Part shown: in pieces, positions 54,801-64,000 of the stretch
Layout of the letters: each line of letters starts with the position of its first letter
Numbering within the stretch: the first letter of the stretch is position 1
NCBI RefSeq assembly: GCF_009834535.1
Contig: NC_045697.1
Span: 119,476,001 to 119,540,000, forward strand
Direction: 5' to 3'
Length of the DNA: 64,000 nt
Origin: Camelus ferus
Lineage: Eukaryota
Program-made: the position numbers and the translations under genes
The notes under the pieces: generated by a model
What the model was told of the DNA's origin: nothing
The model's database searches: none
Seen by the model: only the letters and a program-made list of their open reading frames with translations

Positions 54801-57800
54801 ACGCAGAAGGATGGGGTCACAGACTTGTCCCTGTTAGGGAGAAGTCCGCTACTTACCTCCACAGTGCGTCTTGGGGCACTGTTTGCTTCTTGGATTTTCA
54901 GGCAATCCCCCAGAATTCACACGCAGCCTGTCCTTTGAAAACACTCAGGGAAAGTAAGCTAGAGCTCTATAGGAACCCAGGTGCTGCAGACAGTTTTAGG
55001 AAACTCCCCACACTCAGGATAACAGAACAATTCGTCGAGTGTCTGATAGAGATGGGTAAACTAACTCCACGCATGTTTCAGGTGGTAAAGGCGTTCTTAG
55101 GTTGTGGAAGTTCATATAATTACCTCCATTGTCCATGGGGAGGCCCTTGCTGATGCTTGGAATTCCAGCCCTACCCCCAGCGTTTCCTCGCAGCCCTGCC
55201 TGGGAAAAACTCAGGGAATAAAATCTACAGGTTCTGTTAGAACAAAGTTGCTCCTGAAAGTTGTAGAAACCTTCCCACACTAAGGAAAATAGAACACTTC
55301 TTTGTGTGTGTGATGGAGTAGGAAAACACACTAAAGGCATGTTTCTGGGGTGCAGGTGTTCCCAGGATGGGAGATTTTGTCTAATTACCTCCACTGCCCA
55401 TGGGGAGGCACTCTGGTTTTCTTCGTTTTCCAGCCCTACTCCCAGCTTTCCCTTGCTGCACGGGTTAGGAAAACACCCAGGGATGACAAACTAAGTAATT
55501 CTATCAGAACCCCGGCGCTGCTGTCAGTTGCAGGAACCTCCACACACACAGGATTCCCAAACACGGCTTTGATTGGGGAGTTGTGAAGCCCCACTCCACA
55601 CACATGGCTGGGGGCCCAAGTATTTCCCTGTTATTGAGAAGTCAGTTAATTTCCTCCACAGTGCATCTTGGGGCACTCACTGCTTCTTGGATTTTCAGCC
55701 AATTCCCCAGATTTCACTCTCAGCCCGGTCTCGGAAAACACTCAGGGAAGGAAAGCTACAAGTTCTATTAGAACCCAGGCGATCCTGACAGTTGTAGAAA
55801 CCTCAACATACTAAGTAAAACAGAATACTCTTTTGTGTGTGTGATGGAGTAGGAAAACACACTAAAGGCATGTTTCTGGGGTGCAGGTGTTCCCAGGATG
55901 GGAGATGTTGGCTAATTACCTCCACTGCCAATGTGGAGACACTCACTTCACTTCGATTTCCAGCCCTAATCTTAGCATTCCCTTGCAGCCCGACCTTGGA
56001 AAACACCCAGGGATTAAAAATGTAAGACATTCTGTCAGAACCAGGGCGCTGCTTTCTGTTGGAGGAACCTCCAAACACTCACGATTCGGGAACACGGCTT
56101 TTTTGGGGGGAGTGCTGATGCCCCACTGCACACTCACTGCTGGGGGCACATGATTTTCCCTGTTAGGGAGACTTCTGCTAATTACATCCATAGTCCATCT
56201 AGGGTCACTCGCTGCTACTTGGATTTCCATACCATCCCTAGCTTTCCTTCAGAGCCCGGCCTGGGTAAACACTCAGGGATAATATGTTATTGGTTGTATT
56301 GGAACCCAGTCGCTACCTACCGTTGTAGGAAACATCCCACACCTAGGATAACAGAAGAAAACTTTGTGGGTCTGATGGAAATGGGTAAACAATCTCCACG
56401 CATGTTTCGGGGGGCACAGGTGTTCCAAGGCTGTGGGACGTCGGAAAAATACCTCAAAATTTCATGGGGAGTAACTTGTTGCTTCTACGAATTTCAGCCG
56501 AACCCACAGTTTACCTCGCAGCCAGGCCTGTGAAAATAATCACGGAAAAGAAAATACTGGTGCTATTATATCCCAGGCGCTGTTCACAGGTGTAGAAACC
56601 TCCCCACACTCAGGATAGCGGAACACATCTTTGTGTGTATGACGGTTAAGGAAAATACACTCCAGGCATTTTTCTGTCTGTACAGCTGTTCTCAGGTTTG
56701 GAGATGTCGCCTAATTACCTCCACTGCCATTGGGGAGGCACTTTCTACTTCTCCGCTTTCCAGACTATCTCCCAAATTTCCCTTGCAGCCCGGCCTAAGA
56801 AAACACCTAAATATGACAATATTAGTGATTCTATTCAGAACCCCGTCGCTGCTGTCGGTTGGAGGTACCCAACACACTCAAAATTCCGGAACACGTCTTT
56901 GCTTGGGGAGGTGTAGAACCCAACACCACACAGATGCCTGGGGGCACAGGAATTCCCTGTTTATGAGAAGTCCGCTCATTACCTCTACAGTCAATCTCTA
57001 GGCACTTGTTGCTACTTGACTTTCCAGCCGAACCCCAAGCTTTCCCTCACAGCCCGCCCTGGAAAACACTCAGAAGATATAAGCTAGTGGTTCTAATGGA
57101 ACACAGGCACTGCAGACCCTTGTAGGAACCACCGCACACGCAGGATAACAGAACATATTTTTGTGTCTCATTGAGATGGTAAAACCTCCACGCATGTTTC
57201 AGGGGGTACAGGTGGTCCTAAGTTGTGGGAGGTAAGATACTTCCCACTACTGCCCATGGGGGGAAATAGCTCCTGCTTGGCTTTCCAGCACATCTCCAGG
57301 TTCCCTTGCAACCCAGCCTGAGAGAACACTCAGAAAATATAGCTTAATTTTTAATTACAACCCAGGCGCTGCTGACAGTTGTAGAAACCTCCCAATACAC
57401 AGGGTAACAGAACACGTCTTTGTGTGTGTTATGTAGTAGGAAAAGAGACTCCATGCATGTTTCTGTGGTGCAGGTTTAACCAGGTTGGGAGACGTTGGCT
57501 AATTAACTCCAAAATCCATGGGGAGGCACTCTGTTTTTCATCGTTTCCAGACCTACTCCTAGCTTTCCCTTGCAGCACGGGTTTGGAAAACACCCAGGGA
57601 TGACAGACTAAGTGATTCTATCAGAACCCTGGGGCTGCTGTCTGTTGGAGGCACTTCCAAACACACAGGATTCCCAAAAATGGCTTTGCTTGGGTGAGTT
57701 GTGAAGCCCCACATCAAACACATGGCTGGGGGCACAAGTTTTTCCCTGTTAGGGAGAAGTTCGCTAATTCCCTCTACATTCAATCTCGGGGCACTCCCTG

Positions 57801-60800
57801 CTACATGGATTTCCAGCCCAACCCCCAGGTTTCCCTTGCAACACGGCCTGGTGTAACACAGAGAGAAAAGAAGCTACAGGTCCTATTAGAACCCATGCGA
57901 TGCTGAAAATTGTGGAAACCTTCGAACACTCAGTATAACAGAACACATCTTTCTGTGTGTGATGGAGTAGGAAAACACATGCCAGGCATTTTTCTGGGGA
58001 TCCAGGTTTTCCCAGGTTGGGAGATATCGGCTAGTTTCCTTCACTGCTCATGGGGAGTCACTGTCTTCTTCTTCGTTTTCAAGCCCAAATCCAAGCTTTC
58101 CCTTGTAGCCCGGACTAGTGAAACACCCAGGGATGAAAAATAAATGATTCTATCAGTTCCCCGGCGTTGCTTTCTGTTGGAGGATCCTCCAAACCCCCAG
58201 GATTCTGGAACAAGTCTTTGCATGTTTGGAGTTGTGGAGCCCCAATCCACGCAGAAGGATGGGGTCACAGACTTGTCCCTGTTAGGGAGAAGTCCGCTAC
58301 TTACCTCCACAGTGCGTCTTGGGGCACTGTTTGCTTCTTGGATTTTCAGGCAATCCCCCAGAATTCACACGCAGCCTGTCCTTTGAAAACACTCAGGGAA
58401 AGTAAGCTAGAGCTCTATAGGAACCCAGGTGCTGCAGACAGTTTTAGGAAACTCCCCACACTCAGGATAACAGAACAATTCGTCGAGTGTCTGATAGAGA
58501 TGGGTAAACTAACTCCACGCATGTTTCAGGTGGTAAAGGCGTTCTTAGGTTGTGGAAGTTCATATAATTACCTCCATTGTCCATGGGGAGGCCCTTGCTG
58601 ATGCTTGGAATTCCAGCCCTACCCCCAGCGTTTCCTCGCAGCCCTGCCTGGGAAAAACTCAGGGAATAAAATCTACAGGTTCTGTTAGAACAAAGTTGCT
58701 CCTGAAAGTTGTAGAAACCTCCCCACACTAAGGAAAATAGAACACTTCTTTGTGTGTGTGATGGAGTAGGAAAACACACTAAAGGCATGTTTCTGGGGTG
58801 CAGGTGTTCCCAGGATGGGAGATTTTGTCTAATTACCTCCACTGCCCATGGGGAGGCACTCTGATTTTCTTCGTTTTCCAGCCCTACTCCCAGCTTTCCC
58901 TTGCTGCACGGGTTAGGAAAACACCCAGGGATGACAAACTAAGTAATTCTATCAGAACCCCGGCGCTGCTGTCAGTTGCAGGAACCTCCACACACACAGG
59001 ATTCCCAAACACGGCTTTGATTGGGGAGTTGTGAAGCCCCACTCCACACACATGGCTGGGGGCACAAGTATTTCCCTGTTATTGAGAAGTCAGTTAATTT
59101 CCTCCACAGTGCATCTTGGGGCACTCACTGCTTCTTGGATTTTCAGCCAATTCCCCAGATTTCACTCTCAGCCCGGTCTCGGAAAACACTCAGGGAAGGA
59201 AAGCTACAAGTTCTATTAGAACCCAGGCGATCCTGACAGTTGTAGAAACCTCAACATACTAAGTAAAACAGAATACTCTTTTGTGTGTGTGATGGAGTAG
59301 GAAAACACACTAAAGGCATGTTTCTGGGGTGCAGGTGTTCCCAGGATGGGAGATGTTGGCTAATTACCTCCACTGCCAATGTGGAGACACTCACTTCACT
59401 TCGATTTCCAGCCCTAATCTTAGCATTCCCTTGCAGCCCGACCTTGGAAAACACCCAGGGATTAAAAATGTAAGACATTCTGTCAGAACTAGGGCGCTGC
59501 TTTCTGTTGGAGGAACCTCCAAACACTCACGATTCGGGAACACGGCTTTTTTGGGGGGAGTGCTGATGCCCCACTGCACACTCACTGCTGGGGGCACATG
59601 ATTTTCCCTGTTAGGGAGACTTCTGCTAATTACATCCATAGTCCATCTAGGGTCACTCGCTGCTACTTGGATTTCCATACCATCCCTAGCTTTCCTTCAG
59701 AGCCCGGCCTGGGTAAACACTCAGGGATAATATGTTATTGGTTGTATTGGAACCCAGTCGCTACCTACCGTTGTAGGAAACATCCCACACCTAGGATAAC
59801 AGAAGAAAACTTTGTGGGTCTGATGGAAATGAGTAAACAATCTCCACGCATGTTTCGGGGGGCACAGGTGTTCCAAGGCTGTGGGACGTCGGAAAAATAC
59901 CTCAAAATTTCATGGGGAGTAACTTGTTGCTTCTACGAATTTCAGCCGAACCCACAGTTTACCTCGCAGCCAGGCCTGTGAAAATAATCACGGAAAAGAA
60001 AATACTGGTGCTATTATATCCCAGGCGCTGTTCACAGGTGTAGAAACCTCCCCACACTCAGGATAGCGGAACACATCTTTGTGTGTATGACGGTTAAGGA
60101 AAATACACTCCAGGCATTTTTCTGTCTGTACAGCTGTTCTCAGGTTTGGAGATGTCGCCTAATTACCTCCACTGCCATTGGGGAGGCACTTTCTACTTCT
60201 CCGCTTTCCAGACTATCTCCCAAATTTCCCTTGCAGCCCGGCCTAAGAAAACACCTAAATATGACAATATTAGTGATTCTATTCAGAACCCCGTCGCTGC
60301 TGTCGGTTGGAGGTACCCAACACACTCAAAATTCCGGAACACGTCTTTGCTTGGGGAGGTGTAGAACCCAACACCACACAGATGCCTGGGGGCACAGGAA
60401 TTCCCTGTTTATGAGAAGTCCGCTCATTACCTCTACAGTCAATCTCTAGGCACTTGTTGCTACTTGACTTTCCAGCCGAACCCCAAGCTTTCCCTCACAG
60501 CCCGCCCTGGAAAACACTCAGAAGATATAAGCTAGTGGTTCTAATGGAACACAGGCACTGCAGACCCTTGTAGGAACCACCGCACACGCAGGATAACAGA
60601 ACATATTTTTGTGTCTCATTGAGATGGTAAAACCTCCACGCATGTTTCAGGGGGTACAGGTGGTCCTAAGTTGTGGGAGGTAAGATACTTCCCACTACTG
60701 CCCATGGGGGGAAATAGCTCCTGCTTGGCTTTCCAGCACATCTCCAGGTTCCCTTGCAACCCAGCCTGAGAGAACACTCAGAAAATATAGCTTAATTTTT

Positions 60801-63800
60801 AATTACAACCCAGGCGCTGCTGACAGTTGTAGAAACCTCCCAATACACAGGGTAACAGAACACGTCTTTGTGTGTGTTATGTAGTAGGAAAAGAGACTCC
60901 ATGCATGTTTCTGTGGTGCAGGTTTAACCAGGTTGGGAGACGTTGGCTAATTAACTCCAAAATCCATGGGGAGGCACTCTGTTTTTCATCGTTTCCAGAC
61001 CTACTCCTAGCTTTCCCTTGCAGCACGGGTTTGGAAAACACCCAGGGATGACAGACTAAGTGATTCTATCAGAACCCTGGGGCTGCTGTCTGTTGGAGGC
61101 ACTTCCAAACACACAGGATTCCCAAAAATGGCTTTGCTTGGGTGAGTTGTGAAGCCCCACATCAAACACATGGCTGGGGGCACAAGTTTTTCCCTGTTAG
61201 GGAGAAGTTCGCTAATTCCCTCTACATTCAATCTCGGGGCACTCCCTGCTACATGGATTTCCAGCCCAACCCCCAGGTTTCCCTTGCAACACGGCCTGGT
61301 GTAACACAGAGAGAAAGAAGCTACAGGTCCTATTAGAACCCATGCGATGCTGAAAATTGTGGAAACCTTCGAACACTCAGTATAACAGAACACATCTTTC
61401 TGTGTGTGATGGAGTAGGAAAACACATGCCAGGCATTTTTCTGGGGATCCAGGTTTTCCCAGGTTGGGAGATATCGGCTAGTTTCCTTCACTGCTCATGG
61501 GGAGTCACTGTCTTCTTCTTCGTTTTCAAGCCCAAATCCAAGCTTTCCCTTGTAGCCCGGACTAGTGAAACACCCAGGGATGAAAAATAAATGATTCTAT
61601 CAGTTCCCCGGCGTTGCTTTCTGTTGGAGGATCCTCCAAACCCCCAGGATTCTGGAACAAGTCTTTGCATGTTTGGAGTTGTGGAACCCCAATCCACGCA
61701 GAAGGATGGGGTCACAGACTTGTCCCTGTTAGGGAGAAGTCCGCTATTTACCTCCACAGTGCGTCTTGGGGCACTGTTTGCTTCTTGGATTTTCAGGCAA
61801 TCCCCCAGAATTCACACGCAGCCTGTCCTTTGAAAACACTCAGGGAAAGTAAGCTAGAGCTCTATAGGAACCCAGGTGCTGCAGACAGTTTTAGGAAACT
61901 CCCCACACTCAGGATAACAGAACAATTCGTCGAGTGTCTGATAGAGATGGGTAAACTAACTCCACGCATGTTTCAGGTGGTAAAGGCGTTCTTAGGTTGT
62001 GGAAGTTCATATAATTACCTCCATTGTCCATGGGGAGGCCCTTGCTGATGCTTGGAATTCCAGCCCTACCCCCAGCGTTTCCTCGCAGCCCTGCCTGGGA
62101 AAAACTCAGGGAATAAAATCTACAGGTTCTGTTAGAACAAAGTTGCTCCTGAAAGTTGTAGAAACCTTCCCACACTAAGGAAAATAGAACACTTCTTTGT
62201 GTGTGTGATGGAGTAGGAAAACACACTAAAGGCATGTTTCTGGGGTGCAGGTGTTCCCAGGATGGGAGATTTTGTCTAATTACCTCCACTGCCCATGGGG
62301 AGGCACTCTGGTTTTCTTCGTTTTCCAGCCCTACTCCCAGCTTTCCCTTGCTGCACGGGTTAGGAAAACACCCAGGGAAGACAAACTAAACAATTCTATC
62401 AGAACCCCGGCGCTGCTGTCAGTTGCAGGAACCTCCACACACACAGGATTCCCAAACACGGCTTTGATTGGGGAGTTGTGAAGCCCCACTCCACACACAT
62501 GGCTGGGGGCCCAAGTATTTCCCTGTTATTGAGAAGTCAGTTAATTTCCTCCACAGTGCATCTTGGGGCACTCACTGCTTCTTGGATTTTCAGCCAATTC
62601 CCCAGATTTCACTCTCAGCCCGGTCTCGGAAAACACTCAGGGAAGGAAAGCTACAAGTTCTATTAGAACCCAGGCGATCCTGACATTTGTAGAAACCTCA
62701 ACACTCTAAGGAAAACAGGATAATCCTTTGTGTGTGTGATGGAGTAGGAAAATACACTAAATCATATATCTGGGGTGCAGGTGTTCCCAGGATGGGAGAT
62801 GTTGTCTAATTACCTCCATTGCCCATGGGGAAGCACTCCCTTCACTTCGATTTCCAGCCCTAATCTTAGCATTCCCTTGCAGCCCGACCGTGGAAAACAC
62901 GCAGGGATTACAAATCTAAGACATTCTATCAGAACCAGGGCGCTGCTGTCTGTTGGAGTAACTTCCAAACATTTACGATTCCAGAACACGGCTTTGTTGG
63001 GGGGATTGTTGAAGCCCCACTGCACACACACTGTTGGGGGCACATGATACTCCCTGTTAGGGAGAAGTCTGCTAATTACATCCATAGTCCATCTAGGGGC
63101 ACTCGCTGCTACTTGGCTTTCCATACAAACCCCCAGCTTTCCCTCACAGCCCGGCCTGGGTAAACACTCAGGGATAATATGCTATTGGGTTTATAGGAAC
63201 TCAGTAGTTACCTAACTTTGTAGGAAACATCCCACACCTAGGAAAACAGAAAAAATTTTTGTGGGTCTGATGGAGATGGGTAAACAAACTCCACGCATGT
63301 TTTGGGGGGCACAGGTTTTCCAAGGCTGTGGGACGTCGGAAAAATACCTCAAATTTTCATGGGGAGTAACTTGCTGCTTCTACGAATTTCAGCCCAACCC
63401 ACAGCTTTACCTCGCAGCCAGGCCTGTGAAAACAATCACGGAAAAGAAAATACTGGTGCTTTTATATCCCAGTCGCTGTTCACAGTTGTAGAAACCTCCA
63501 CACACTCAGGAGAGCGGAACATATCTTTTTATGTAGGATTGTTTAGGAAAATACACTTCAGGCATGTTTCTGGGGGTACAGCTGTTCCCAGGTTTGGAGA
63601 TGTCGCCTAATTACCTCCAATGCCATTGGGGAGGCACTCTCTACTTCTTCACTTTCCAGACCAACTCCCAAATATCCCTTGCAGCCCGGCCTAAGTATTA
63701 ACCTATATATGACATAATTAGTGATTCTATTCAGAACCTCGTCGCTGCTGTCGGTTGGAGGTACCCAACACACTCAAAATTTCGGAACACCGCTTTGCTT

Positions 63801-64000
63801 GTGGGAGGTTTGGAGCCCCACACCACACAGATGTCTGTGGGCACAGGAATTCCCTGTTTATGACAAGTCCGCTAATTACCTCTACAGTCAATCTCTAGGC
63901 ACTTGTTGATACTTGGCTTTCCAGCCGAACCCCCATCTTTCCCCCGTAGCCGGCCCTGGAAGACACTCAGAGGAAATAAGCTAGTTATTCTAATGGAACG
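45897..64000 (+). repeat. SatB tandem satellite, ~265-bp monomer in a 13-mer HOR of ~3448 bp (~5.25 HOR copies)
   Basis: ctaattacctcca-like anchors occur at about 55381, 55646, 55912, 56178, 56445, 56711, 56976, 57237, 57499, 57764, 58031, 58296, 58563 and then 58829 (= 55381 + 3448). ORF twins at 53185/56633/60081. Confidence 0.96.
52290..62685 (+). repeat. Three near-identical copies of the SatB 13-mer (young expansion)
   Basis: ORF translations are identical or nearly so at offsets 3447-3449. The flanking copies (45897-52290 and 62686-64000) carry many more substitutions. Confidence 0.92.

Noticed and set aside
1..64000. The many short ORFs in the six-frame track
   Set aside because: All are translations of satellite monomers in arbitrary frames and strands. 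They recur at HOR periods and show no recognisable domain.
1..64000. Assignment to a named satellite (e.g. 171-bp alpha satellite) or to a species
   Set aside because: Monomer lengths and sequences match no family I can recognise with confidence. A database search is needed.

Overview
This window is non-coding eukaryotic-type satellite DNA in three contigs separated by two 100-N gaps (22661-22760 and 45797-45896). I found no credible genes, RNA genes, transposons or CRISPR arrays. Contigs 1 (+) and 2 (inverted) are an AT-rich satellite with a ~248-bp monomer ('SatA'), organised as nested higher-order repeats (HORs). These are a 19-mer (~4.70 kb, x2), a young 8-mer (1988 bp, x3), a divergent monomeric zone, a 17-mer-spaced duplication (~4.21 kb) and a 60-mer super-repeat (~14.88 kb) whose second copy lacks exactly 3 monomers. 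Contig 3 is a more GC-rich satellite with a ~265-bp monomer ('SatB') in a 13-mer HOR (3448 bp), built from three monomer subtypes in the order AB-ABC-ABC-AB-ABC. The most notable observation is that SatA and SatB share colinear sequence blocks around the whole monomer, so they look like two diverged descendants of one ancestral repeat, each with its own HOR hierarchy. The layout resembles a centromeric or pericentromeric domain, but that is inference. I could not assign either family or the organism. All alignments and identities were estimated by eye.
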